From an uncultured bacterium (GTDB taxonomy: Bacteria > Armatimonadota > UBA5829), in assembly GCA_963775535.1 (NCBI GenBank), contig CAVZJH010000055.1, positions 86,311-150,310 of the forward strand: a stretch of 64,000 nucleotides of DNA. The letters run 5' to 3'. The notes below the pieces were generated by a model, which worked only from the letters and a program-made list of their open reading frames with translations, was not told where the DNA came from and did not search any database. A program made the translations under genes and the position numbers. Shown in pieces: positions 48,520-58,121 of the stretch; the stretch's first letter is position 1, and each line of letters opens with the position of its first letter.

Positions 48520-49800
48520 ATGCCGGCATTGACAAAGCTTCCCGTTGCCTCTACGATAGAAAGTGAAAAAGGTATCACAGGAGCGCTTAACCGTATGAGT
48601 ATCATCCGCAACCCGGAACTGCGTGGAGTACTCGGCCTCATTCTGGTAATACTCATCGTGGGAATAATCATGGCCGCGACCACTGGTAAGCTCGAGGAAT
48701 GGACCGGTATTTCCATTTTTCCCAGCTCGATAGCTTTAGACAAGATCATCTTCGTGTCGAACCGAACCGGCTCAAACGAGCTCTATATAATGAACACAGA
48801 CGGATCGCATCAAAAGCCGCTTACATCGAACGCGCATGTAATGTCTCCTCCCGCGATATCAGCGTCGGGCAAGCGCATAACGTTCGTCGGTGCATTCGAC
48901 AGCGGGAATCAGGTGTGGTTCGTAACTCCCGCAGGTAGCAGTCCTGAGCGCCTGACAAACGCAACCGGTCCTAAAGAGCTTCCTCAATACAGCCCTGACG
49001 GGAAAAACCTGTCGTTTATCGCGAGCGGTAAGGTCTATATTTCTGATCTCAACGGTGACAACCTCGACCCAATACTTCCGACTCACGATGAGACTCAAGC
49101 CGCGATGGCGGAGCGAAGTGCTTTGCCGGCATACAGCGAGTATGCGTGGTCTCCCGACAGCAGAAGTCTCGCCGGAGTGATGAAAGGCCAGGCCGGCAAT
49201 GATGTGCTTATTCTTCTGCCCAAGCTCGATGGAAAGGTTGTTCCTCTCCTGGCGGTCGCTCAAGGCGCGGGGGAAGGTGGAATGCTGGCATTCATTCCCA
49301 GTCCGGGTGGCCAGCCAAAACCGCTCATGCCCGTTCCAAGCGGCCAATACGCCAGGATAAGCGGTATTAGCTGGGCTCAGAACAAGGCGGTGTTTGCTGT
49401 ATCGGTCGTTGCGGGAAAGGGCAGCGCGTTGCTGTTGTTTGACAGGGACCAGGCGACATGTAAGCCGCTGGCGCGTTTCAACAATCAGGAGATGAGCGCT
49501 CCGGCGCTTTCGCCGGACGGCTCCGAACTTGTTGTTGCCGTGAGTTCCGCGAGCGCCGGTTCCCCCGGTGGGATGTTCAAGATGAACCTGGCGAATGGCG
49601 CCGCGCAGCCGATTGCCAACGGCAACTTTGATTCTCCCCGTTACTCGCCCCGCGGCGATGCGATATTGGCTGTTGAAATCGGCAGTAAGCAGGGAAAGCG
49701 AGACATCGTATCGGTCGATGCGTCCAGCGGCCAGGTGAAGCGGCTTACCACGGACGGCGGCAGTTTTGACCCGATATGGTCCCCAGTATCTGAAAAATGA
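48520..49800 (+). CDS. TolB-like beta-propeller (PD40 repeat) protein with N-terminal membrane anchor
   Basis: TM segment LGLILVILIVGIIMAA. Repeated SPDG-type blades are present (YSPDGKNLSF, WSPDSRSLAG, LSPDGSELVV, YSPRGDAILA). Confidence 0.7.
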   Translation: MPALTKLPVASTIESEKGITGALNRMSIIRNPELRGVLGLILVILIVGIIMAATTGKLEEWTGISIFPSSIALDKIIFVSNRTGSNELYIMNTDGSHQKPLTSNAHVMSPPAISASGKRITFVGAFDSGNQVWFVTPAGSSPERLTNATGPKELPQYSPDGKNLSFIASGKVYISDLNGDNLDPILPTHDETQAAMAERSALPAYSEYAWSPDSRSLAGVMKGQAGNDVLILLPKLDGKVVPLLAVAQGAGEGGMLAFIPSPGGQPKPLMPVPSGQYARISGISWAQNKAVFAVSVVAGKGSALLLFDRDQATCKPLARFNNQEMSAPALSPDGSELVVAVSSASAGSPGGMFKMNLANGAAQPIANGNFDSPRYSPRGDAILAVEIGSKQGKRDIVSVDASSGQVKRLTTDGGSFDPIWSPVSEK

Positions 49801-50993
49801 TTTGTCCCAATCACCCATACCTTATGGACCAGCTCATTCCATACATCGGGAACAAACGCAAACTGCTCCCGCTGATCCACGAGGCCATAGGCAGGACCGG
49901 GGTGCGTTCCGGCACGTTTTTCGATGTGTTCGCCGGGAGCGGCGTCGTGGCGAGGCTTGCCAAGCTGCTCGGTTTCAGAGTTGTGGCCAATGACTGGGAG
50001 CCATACTCGGAGACTATCAACACGGCGTATATCGCGAACAATACGGCTCCTGAGTTCCGAGACCTGGGCGGAATAGCGAACGCGTTCGGCCTGCTCAACG
50101 CGCTTCCCGGTGAGAGGGGATACATCGCCAAACACTATTGTCCGGCGGATGATGAGGAATATAACGTTGCAATCGAGCGGATGTTTTATACGCAGCGCAA
50201 CGGACGGCGTATAGATGCGGTCCGGGAGCAGATAAAAGCCTGGCGAGACCTCGGGATGGTTGATGATGCGGAAGAGAGCCTGCTGCTCGCCTCTCTTGTG
50301 TATCAGGCGTCCTATTGCAGCAACACGTCGGGTGTATTCAAGGGGTTTCACTGTGGATGGGGCGGCGCGACAAAGACCGCGTGGTACCGCATAAGGAGCC
50401 TCCTGGAGCTGAAGGCGCCACTGCTGTATGATAACCGTGCCCAAAACGTTGTCCTGCGGGGCGACGCTTTGGCTGTCGCAGGAGATGTCGAGTGCGACAT
50501 CGCGTATCTTGATCCGCCCTACAACCAACATCAGTACGGTGCGAACTATCACCTGCTCAATACCATAGTGCTGTGGGACAAGCCGCCAGTGAGCGAGCAC
50601 ATATCCGGCAACGGGCATAAGGACAAGGCGGCAATAAGGAAGGACTGGCGCACGGCGCGGCGCAGTATGTACTGTCACAAATCGGCGGCGTTGGATGAGC
50701 TGGAGGGTCTCCTGCCGAAGCTGCGTGCAAGGCACATCCTGCTCAGCTACTCGACAGAAGGTATCATCCCGGTCGAAGCGCTTATCTCACTCCTGGGTGA
50801 GTGGGGCGAAGTGAGTGTCGCCGTCAGGAAATACAAGCGCTACCGTGTGAGCAGCCAAAGGCCCTCGCCTAAGCAGCACACTGTGGAATTTGTGGCCATT
50901 GCAGATACTCAGGGCCACAGGCGGCAAGATTGCGTATGCCGTGCCGTCGATAAGATAATGGAGGAGAGCGAGGAGAGGAGAGTGTTTTTTTGA
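49797..50993 (+). CDS. D12-class N6-adenine DNA methyltransferase (orphan)
   Basis: N-terminal YIGNKRKLL, AdoMet motif FFDVFAGSG, and catalytic LDPPY (AYLDPPYNQHQY). It overlaps both neighbours by 4 nt (ATGA, TTGA). Confidence 0.8.
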   Translation: MICPNHPYLMDQLIPYIGNKRKLLPLIHEAIGRTGVRSGTFFDVFAGSGVVARLAKLLGFRVVANDWEPYSETINTAYIANNTAPEFRDLGGIANAFGLLNALPGERGYIAKHYCPADDEEYNVAIERMFYTQRNGRRIDAVREQIKAWRDLGMVDDAEESLLLASLVYQASYCSNTSGVFKGFHCGWGGATKTAWYRIRSLLELKAPLLYDNRAQNVVLRGDALAVAGDVECDIAYLDPPYNQHQYGANYHLLNTIVLWDKPPVSEHISGNGHKDKAAIRKDWRTARRSMYCHKSAALDELEGLLPKLRARHILLSYSTEGIIPVEALISLLGEWGEVSVAVRKYKRYRVSSQRPSPKQHTVEFVAIADTQGHRRQDCVCRAVDKIMEESEERRVFF

Positions 50994-51607
50994 AGAGAAC
51001 GTTTTTACTTGGTTTTGTGATGCTGATAGGCGTATCCCGCCAGGCCATCGCCGATCCCATAATACTTGCCCCAAGCGGAACGACACTGACTACCGGTCAG
51101 GTTCGCGCGGAGGCAGCCCTCAGCCCCGGAAACGATCACGGGAATTATTTATGGCTTTCAACGGGCTTTATGCAGTTCGAAGCCGATCTGATCCGCATTG
51201 AAACCCCGGGCAGTGCGACTCAGAACCGGATAGGCGCGCAGTGGAACTTCCTGCCGCAGACCGCTTTTACCCCGGCTGTGGCATTCGGCGTCCAGGACGT
51301 AGCCACCCAGTCTCAGGAGGAAATGGGAGCCTATGCCGTCATGACAAAGGCTCTTCCGCTTAACGGAGGTTTGTCTATACTCAAAGAAGCGAGTGGCACC
51401 ATCGGAGTTGGTGCTGGACAAATCGCCGGATTATTCTTCGGGTTGGAGACAAAGCTTCCATTCAACTTTTTTGCGCAGGGCGAGTATGACAGCCACGAGT
51501 TCAATGCCGCTGTGGGGTGGCAGCCAATCAGCATTTTCAGGGTGAAAGCCTACACCATTCGCAGCGACGTCTACCTCGGCGCGGAGCTTCTGCCAATTTC
51601 ATTCTAG
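50990..51607 (+). CDS. small secreted protein, beta-barrel OMP-like
   Basis: 205 aa with signal peptide MKRTFLLGFVMLIGVSRQAIA. It shows an alternating hydrophobic pattern and ends ...ELLPISF (C-terminal Phe). Confidence 0.5.
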   Translation: MKRTFLLGFVMLIGVSRQAIADPIILAPSGTTLTTGQVRAEAALSPGNDHGNYLWLSTGFMQFEADLIRIETPGSATQNRIGAQWNFLPQTAFTPAVAFGVQDVATQSQEEMGAYAVMTKALPLNGGLSILKEASGTIGVGAGQIAGLFFGLETKLPFNFFAQGEYDSHEFNAAVGWQPISIFRVKAYTIRSDVYLGAELLPISF

Positions 51608-51824
51608 CCCGCTGGCTGTGGAGGGGGTGGATTTCCGCGGTGCTGACGGCGTGGAAGAGGAATGATCGGCCGACGTTTTGTTTGACAGTGCCAGTCCACT
51701 TGGCTATACTAACCATTGTCAAAGTCGAATCCGGGGTCCGGCAAGAGCGTACGAGGGGCAAAGCCCCTGAATCTCCCCAACTCTGACATACGCCCTTCGG
51801 ACCCTTTGTGTTAAAGGTGATTGG

Positions 51825-52808
51825 ATGCAGGTTAACAAAGATGCCAGGTACGTGGTGGGTGCGGATCTGGGAGGCACAAACGTTCGCGCGGCGGTGGTCG
51901 ATCGAGATGGAAAGATCATTGGCGAGAGCCGGACCGACTCGCGTGCCATGGAGGGGCTGACTGCGACTGTAGCTCAGATCATTATTGCGGTGCGTGGGGC
52001 TATGGATGAAGCCTCGGTGCGCGTCAGTGACGTCGGCGGGATCGGAATAGGCGTTCCCGGAACACTCAAGAGCGAAGAAGGCATCGTCCTGTGGTCCCCA
52101 AACTTCAGGGATTGGAATGGTGTACAGCTTCTGGCTCCGATAATGGAAGCGGTGGGTTTGGCCGCGTTCATGGGCAACGACGCCAACGTAGCTTCGCTCG
52201 GTGAGTATGCATTCGGAGCCGGAAAAGGCGCCAAATGCATGGTCATGTTCACCCTTGGAACCGGCATCGGCAGCGGCCTTGTTATTAACGGGAAGAACTG
52301 GCTTGGGGTGAGCGAGACAGCTCCGGAGATTGGTCATCACATAATCCTTACCGATGGTCCGCGATGCAGTTGTGGCAGGTACGGCTGTCTGGAGTCGCTC
52401 GCCCGCCGCGATGCGATTATCGATCGCGCGGCAAGAAAAGCTCACCAGGGCAGATACACGAGCCTGGTCGAGAAATCCGGCCACGACCTTCGATACATCA
52501 CGCCCGCGATGATTGCCGAAGCCGCGTCCGAGGGCGATGAAGTTTCCATGGAGACTCTGGATGAGACCGGTTATTACATCGGGATAGGCGTGGCGAACGC
52601 TATGAATATCTTGAATCCGGACAAAGTGGTCATCGGAGGCGGAATTGCACAGGCCGGCGGGCTCCTCTTTGAGCCGATCAGGAGGACCGTCGAGGTAAAT
52701 GCGCTTTACACGGCGCTTCAGGCCTGCCAGATACTGCCGGCAGAGCTTGGCGACGATGCGGGGGTGCTTGGCGGCGCGGCGTTGGTTCTGCAGAGAATGG
52801 CTGAATAA
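51825..52808 (+). CDS. ROK-family glucokinase
   Basis: VVGADLGGTNVRAAVVD, GIGIGVPG, the zinc motif CSCGRYGCLE, and VIGGGIA. Confidence 0.85.
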   Translation: MQVNKDARYVVGADLGGTNVRAAVVDRDGKIIGESRTDSRAMEGLTATVAQIIIAVRGAMDEASVRVSDVGGIGIGVPGTLKSEEGIVLWSPNFRDWNGVQLLAPIMEAVGLAAFMGNDANVASLGEYAFGAGKGAKCMVMFTLGTGIGSGLVINGKNWLGVSETAPEIGHHIILTDGPRCSCGRYGCLESLARRDAIIDRAARKAHQGRYTSLVEKSGHDLRYITPAMIAEAASEGDEVSMETLDETGYYIGIGVANAMNILNPDKVVIGGGIAQAGGLLFEPIRRTVEVNALYTALQACQILPAELGDDAGVLGGAALVLQRMAE

Positions 52809-52921
52809 GTTTCGCAGGACGCAGTGAGAGATCGTATGTGGATCAAGGCCCCATCTTTTCTCGATCGATTCTCGGATTATCGGGTGGCGATTTGCGAATC
52901 GCCACCCGATAACGAAAAGGC

Positions 52922-54719
52922 TCACTTCTTCGTTGCCAGTCCCTGCCTGATAACTTTCCCCTTCGTGACTCCCGTGTCGTTGAACGTGTCCATCGTGAAG
53001 TAGTAGTCCACGCCGACGTTCAGAGAGTTGAACTTGATCGAGTCGGACTCATAGATCTGGTAGTTGTTGTAGAGCTTATCAGGAGCTATTCCATAGCGGA
53101 TGATGTAGCCCTGGACCCCATCGAGCTTCTTCCAATGCACGGTGCAGCTTCGCTGGTCCTGGCTGCTGCGCTCGACCGTGAAGTCGGTCATCGCGGGCGG
53201 CTTGGTTCCCCGGCCGCTGCCGAAGATCCTCAGCCCACGCACGCTGAACTTCATTCCACCCGGGAAGTTCACGTTGGTCAGCTTCACATATCGAGCGATG
53301 ACAGGTTTTTCGAGCTCCACATAATCGTGAGGCAGGTCCCTGGTATTCTTGCTCTGGTCTACGATGGTGCTCCAGGTTTTGCCGTCGGTAGATGCTTCGA
53401 TGATATACTGGATCATGAAGTCGGCATGTCTTCCCATTTGGGTTGCGCCCTCTTCAGCGAAGTTGGTCTGAATGGCGTTGATGCGGCACTCCTTGCCCAA
53501 GTCTACGCTGAGCCACTCGCCGGGATTGCCGGTCTTCGCGCACCAGAACGTCTTCACGTTCTCATCGAACGCGTCCGCCGTCGGGTGATCGTCCAGAGAT
53601 GATGACGCCTCGGCTTTCTTCTTGTAACGAAAGAAGCATCCAGCCCGTGAAGTTGTCGTCCACCTGGTCTTTGTGCTTGCCTGGCAGGAACTGCGGGTAG
53701 TCGCCCAGGACGGTGTTGGTGTGAAGCAGGCCGTCCTTATCGAAGCCGGCCGGGAACGTGCCGAGCCTGCGCTCGAACGGATGCTTATCCGCAATGACCA
53801 TCGTCGCCGTGTGCCAGTAGTTGCCATCCTTGTCCTGGTATGTGCAACTGTGACCAGCGCCGCCAATAAACCCGGTGGGCTTGTAAGAGAACGGGCTGTT
53901 GGGCTGATATGTCCACGGGCCCCGGGGATACTTCGACGTGTAGTAGCCGTCACCGTAGAGCTGAAACTCGGTTCCGGGGGCGGCATATTGAAGATAATAT
54001 GTGCCATTGTGCTTGGTCGTCCACGAGCCTTCGACCCATGGATGTCCCTCGGGAACGTTCACTTGATAGAGAGACTTCCAGTCCGAGCCTCTCTGCTCCC
54101 AACCGTGGTCATGATGTTCTCGCCGAAACAGGGCAATCCTCTCGCTTACAGCGTGGAAGTCTGTGGGATCGTGTTCCTGGCAGTATATCGCGAACTCTGC
54201 ATTCGTATTCCCGCCGCTGGACCGGTAGACCCGGCCATCATCGTCCAAAAATGAAGCACGGGTCCATCCACGAATCACACGCTTCTTTCCGGGCGACATG
54301 CTCCACTCGCCGGCCTTGGGGTTCGCGCTCTTTTACATCTTGTCAGTTCCTGGTACGCGGCTATAGTAAAGGGCGTCGCCTTTCTATCATGACCGCAGGG
54401 CGCGTAGCTTTCGATGGGGGAGAACCCGTGTCCCTTGATGTCAACAAACGTCCAGTTCAGAAAGTCGCTGGAATACCAGTAACCCCCCGTACTTCGACGC
54501 AAAGAGATAATAATCGCCCTTGAAGTAAACCACTACCGGGTCCGCCGCTTCTCTGTAGCCAACATTCTCAATAGAGAATCGATAGTCCACGTCCATCGGG
54601 TTGCAGAACGTGCTGCCTTTTTTTGGTGTCCCGCACGAAGCCGGCGAGCCAAGCGAAACTATGCCCAGCAGCACGGCACAAAGACCCAACAAAACACTCA
54701 CTTTTGAATTCCCCTCCAA
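52922..54719 (-). CDS. secreted GH43-like glycoside hydrolase with F5/8-type-C (discoidin) and FN3-like C-terminal domains, at least three frame breaks
   Basis: The fragments 54441..54719 (signal peptide, …ADPVVVYFKGDYYLFAS), 54275..54502, 53562..54299 and 52922..54007 read consecutively. The discoidin-like part is AFDENVKTFWCAKTGNPGEWLSVDLG…ARYVKLT. The GH family assignment is from motif memory only. Confidence 0.6.
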
Positions 54720-54853
54720 TTTTTTTAGGGTTCGGCTGAGAGCTCAGCCATTGCCTCTATGATACCACAAGCCCTGCATTCAGTGTTCTCATCGCTTCAA
54801 TCTTTTTCCAGCCCATCTTTCCCTTTTACAGGCTGAGGTGTATCATATTATTA

Positions 54854-56785
54854 ATGCGTTTAGTACGTGTCGTGATAATACTCGCTTTGCTGCTTGTTGC
54901 CCCTGCTTGCCATGCTGCGATAAGCACTTACTCCATGTGGCTGACAGCGCATCCTCAGGCCATTGTTGCTGATTCCCACAGTACGACAACCATTTCCGCC
55001 GAACTGAGAGATTCCTCGGGACAACCTGTACCGGATGGCACGATGATCGAGTTTACGTCCAGCCTGGGTGTCTTGCTCGATCAGCATGTGCGAACAGCCG
55101 CGGGTATTGCCAGAGCGCGTCTCCAAGCCGGAAGCGTTACCGGAACCGCATCGATATCGGCTGTAGCGACCGCTGAAAACGCGGTGGCGCAGCTTCAGGT
55201 GGATTTTTTGGCTCCCGGTACCAAAATGTACAACGAGTCGTTTATCTCGATCTCATCTGACAGGCACCTGGGCTACGACGTGGATAAGCAGGTCGTGGAT
55301 TCGGCGGGCGGAGTGAAGATCTACACCAGAGGACTGACTATCGACGCGGAAGAGGCTCAGATCGATGTAAAGAAGAACATACTGCGCGCGAAAGCCAAGC
55401 TCGGCGGTGACAACATCATCATCAAGCGCGGCGACAAGAAGATCGAGGCAAGCGCTCTGTATTATGACCTTACTTCGATGAAGGGCGTGATCCTTACCCC
55501 TGCCGACAGTGGAGCGAAGAGAATGCTGTTCAGGGGACGTGACCTTTACACCGAGCCGGACAAAAAACCTGATTCAAAGATCAGCTTTGAATATAAACCG
55601 GTCGCCGAATCCTCGATGTTCGTTCGGGCAAAGAGCATCATCATCGATCCGGGAGTAGACATCAAGATCAAGCGCGCGACCTACTTTCTGGATAACCAGA
55701 AGTCTGTGAGCATTCCGCTTCAGGTAGTGCCTCTCAAGAGCCAGGCCGGAGGTCTGGACCAAATGTTCTCCTACGGAACCGATGGACTTCGGGTTGACAT
55801 GCCGTTCTATTACTCGTTGACCCCCAACGGCACCGGTTCCGTCAGGCTGGAGCACAACCAGTCCACCGGTTGGGGTGATTTTGCGGATCAGACCGGTTGG
55901 CAGGTCGATGTCGCTCAGGAGTATAGCTTGCGCGGGACGACCGAGGGCACATTTACTCTTGATAGAGTCACCTCCAGTGACTGGGGTATGCAGTGGAGTG
56001 ACAGGCGCGAACTCGACAGCGACTCGCAGTTATACAGCTACGTCGACTTTCCATCTCACCGTGACCTTTACGGAAGCCTCGATTACAGCCACACGTTCAG
56101 CAACTACACCCTCACGACGAGTTCTCGGGCCAGTCAGGTGGAAGGGGAGGATGGGACAGTCTCTACAAGCGCTTTTCTTCAGTCGCGGCCGAAGACGTTA
56201 TTCGGAGACGATCTGAGTTATTCGTTCAACACGAAGCTTTCCTACGATAACACCGTCGTTAGTGACAGTGATCTGGGCACGGGGGTGGGGCTGCAGTTGT
56301 ACGGCAAGCCGATACGGTTCAGCAAGACTTCCAGCTTGAATACATCGCTCACTCTCGGCCAGGATGTTGGGGGTTCAACTGCTGGAACGTCCATTTACGG
56401 CAGTGCCGGATACAATAAAACGCTTGGAGCAATCGGTCAGTTTGCGCTCAACTATAATTACTCGTGGTCAGACTCTGTCCTTGGTTACAACTCACAGGTG
56501 GTCAGTGCCAACCTCTCTCTTCGTCCGTCCACAAAGTGGAACACCAGCCTAAACGGAACCTACGGACTCAGTGACGGGACCGTAAGCGCGTTTTCTAACA
56601 TGAGTCACACGTTCCTGCCAACATGGCGCTTCAACGTGCTCGGGACCTTCCAGAGATTCACGACTGGCGACTATATAGACGCTGAGATCGCCCTCTGCAA
56701 GACGATAGGCAGGCAAGAGGCCCAGTTGGCGTGGTCTCAGTCCCTAAAGCGGCTTCGGATGGAGTTCACGGCGCTTGGGTTCTAG
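54854..56785 (+). CDS. outer-membrane protein, LptD/OstA-like with N-terminal Ig-like (Big_1-type) domain
   Basis: Signal peptide, then TISAELRDSSGQPVPDGTMIEFTSSLG (invasin/intimin-type Ig). An OstA-like stretch follows (VKIYTRGLTIDAEEAQIDVKKNILRAKAKLGGDNIIIKRGDKKIEASALYYD). The long beta-rich C-terminus ends …EFTALGF. Confidence 0.45.
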   Translation: MRLVRVVIILALLLVAPACHAAISTYSMWLTAHPQAIVADSHSTTTISAELRDSSGQPVPDGTMIEFTSSLGVLLDQHVRTAAGIARARLQAGSVTGTASISAVATAENAVAQLQVDFLAPGTKMYNESFISISSDRHLGYDVDKQVVDSAGGVKIYTRGLTIDAEEAQIDVKKNILRAKAKLGGDNIIIKRGDKKIEASALYYDLTSMKGVILTPADSGAKRMLFRGRDLYTEPDKKPDSKISFEYKPVAESSMFVRAKSIIIDPGVDIKIKRATYFLDNQKSVSIPLQVVPLKSQAGGLDQMFSYGTDGLRVDMPFYYSLTPNGTGSVRLEHNQSTGWGDFADQTGWQVDVAQEYSLRGTTEGTFTLDRVTSSDWGMQWSDRRELDSDSQLYSYVDFPSHRDLYGSLDYSHTFSNYTLTTSSRASQVEGEDGTVSTSAFLQSRPKTLFGDDLSYSFNTKLSYDNTVVSDSDLGTGVGLQLYGKPIRFSKTSSLNTSLTLGQDVGGSTAGTSIYGSAGYNKTLGAIGQFALNYNYSWSDSVLGYNSQVVSANLSLRPSTKWNTSLNGTYGLSDGTVSAFSNMSHTFLPTWRFNVLGTFQRFTTGDYIDAEIALCKTIGRQEAQLAWSQSLKRLRMEFTALGF

Positions 56786-56843
56786 TGCGTGGCAGCCCCA
56801 GCTATATCTGGTTGGGCGCTGGCTTTATAAAGCAAACCGAAAG

Positions 56844-57968
56844 CTATTCGATCTGCATTGGCATGAGCACATACAGATAATCGTCCTGTCCCTGGGGACG
56901 GATGACCGCCGGGCTGATATCGCCGCTGAGTTCGACTTCTATAGCTTCCGTGTCAATTACGCCGAGCACGTCGAGGAGATACTTTGAGTTGAAAGCCATC
57001 TTGAGGTCGTCGCCTTCTTTAATGACCTCTACCTCTTCGTGAGCCTTTCCCACGCTGCCGCTCTCCGCGGTTAGTATGAGCGTTCCGTCCTGGGTCTGCA
57101 CTATGGTCCGGTTCGAGTTCTCGCGGGCGACGATGGACACACGCTTCACGCTCTGCAGTAACTGTTCCGTTGGGATGGTGAGCTTTTTGTCGTGCTGAGT
57201 GGGGATGACTCTCTCGAAGTTGGGGAACTGGCCTTCAATGAGCCTCGATATAAGCGATGTATTGCCTACCTTGAATATGATCTGGCTCGGAGCGATGCCG
57301 ATGGACACCGTTCCTTCACCCTCGGGCACGATTCGTGTTAACTCGCTCATCGCCCTGCCCGGGACTATCGCGTTCACAGCGCCGTGGCTCTCAATAATCT
57401 GGCAATTATCCATGCACAGCCGGTGCGTGTCGGTGGATACGAGCTTGAGGCCCTGATCGGTTACCTGCATCAGGATTCCTGTCAGGATAGCCCTGGACTC
57501 GTCCGCGCTGATGGCGAATGCGGTCTTCCTGATTCCTTCGCGAAGCGCGTCGTGTTCTATGGTCAGGCTGACTTCTTCGTGCACCTCCGGGAGCATTGGG
57601 AACTCCTCCGGCGGCAGCCCGAGAATAGAGTATTCCGACGTTCCGCAGTTTACAACGACGCTGTTCGATTCGTCGACCGAGATGGCTACGTCGGTTTCCG
57701 GCAGAGCTGCAAGGACTTCCGTCAGGACGCGCGCTGGGACCGTCAAAGACCCCTGTTCCTGAACGTTCGCTTCTACGATGCACTCCATACCGATCTCGAG
57801 GTCGGTAGCGGCAATGCGCAGCCTATCTTCCTCGGCGTTTATGAGCAGGTGACCGAGTATCGGCAGAGAAGTGCGCGGGCTGACTGCCCTTCCGGCGGTC
57901 TGAACGCCTTCATACAAATCCTTACGAGCGCAGATGAACTTCAAGCCGTACCCTCCCGTAGTTTGCAA
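56844..57968 (-). CDS. dnaN: DNA polymerase III beta subunit (sliding clamp)
   Basis: 374 aa with three-domain clamp homology throughout: LPILGHLLINAEEDRLRIAATDLEIG…, and the C-terminus …AVIRPQGQDDYLYVLMPMQIE. Confidence 0.9.
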   Translation of the reverse strand: MQTTGGYGLKFICARKDLYEGVQTAGRAVSPRTSLPILGHLLINAEEDRLRIAATDLEIGMECIVEANVQEQGSLTVPARVLTEVLAALPETDVAISVDESNSVVVNCGTSEYSILGLPPEEFPMLPEVHEEVSLTIEHDALREGIRKTAFAISADESRAILTGILMQVTDQGLKLVSTDTHRLCMDNCQIIESHGAVNAIVPGRAMSELTRIVPEGEGTVSIGIAPSQIIFKVGNTSLISRLIEGQFPNFERVIPTQHDKKLTIPTEQLLQSVKRVSIVARENSNRTIVQTQDGTLILTAESGSVGKAHEEVEVIKEGDDLKMAFNSKYLLDVLGVIDTEAIEVELSGDISPAVIRPQGQDDYLYVLMPMQIE

Positions 57969-58121
57969 ATCTTACGGCGTTAGTATATCACAGCAGACGG
58001 GCACTTACAATAGCCGGACCAGTATGCTCAGTTCCACGCGAGTGGCCGCTCCGCGGTCACCGCGCTAATAGCCAACCGGCGCCTTATCACACAGCAGGAA
58101 GATGAGGGACATGTCGCGAAG

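Noticed and set aside
49641-50735. 364-aa minus-strand ORF
   Set aside because: It is antisense to the TolB-like and methyltransferase genes. The plus-strand products carry clear family motifs and this ORF carries none.
49797-50993. Restriction-modification or other defence system around the methyltransferase
   Set aside because: No endonuclease, specificity, helicase or ATPase gene lies within several kb on either side. The neighbours are envelope proteins. It is treated as an orphan methyltransferase.
51537-52925. 462-aa minus-strand ORF
   Set aside because: It is antisense to the ROK glucokinase gene, which has the diagnostic DxGGT and CxCGxxGC motifs.
57969-58121. Replication origin next to dnaN
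   Set aside because: There is only one DnaA-box-like sequence (TTATCACACA), no AT-rich unwinding element and no dnaA gene adjacent. Here dnaN is flanked by an LptD-like gene and an acetyltransferase gene.
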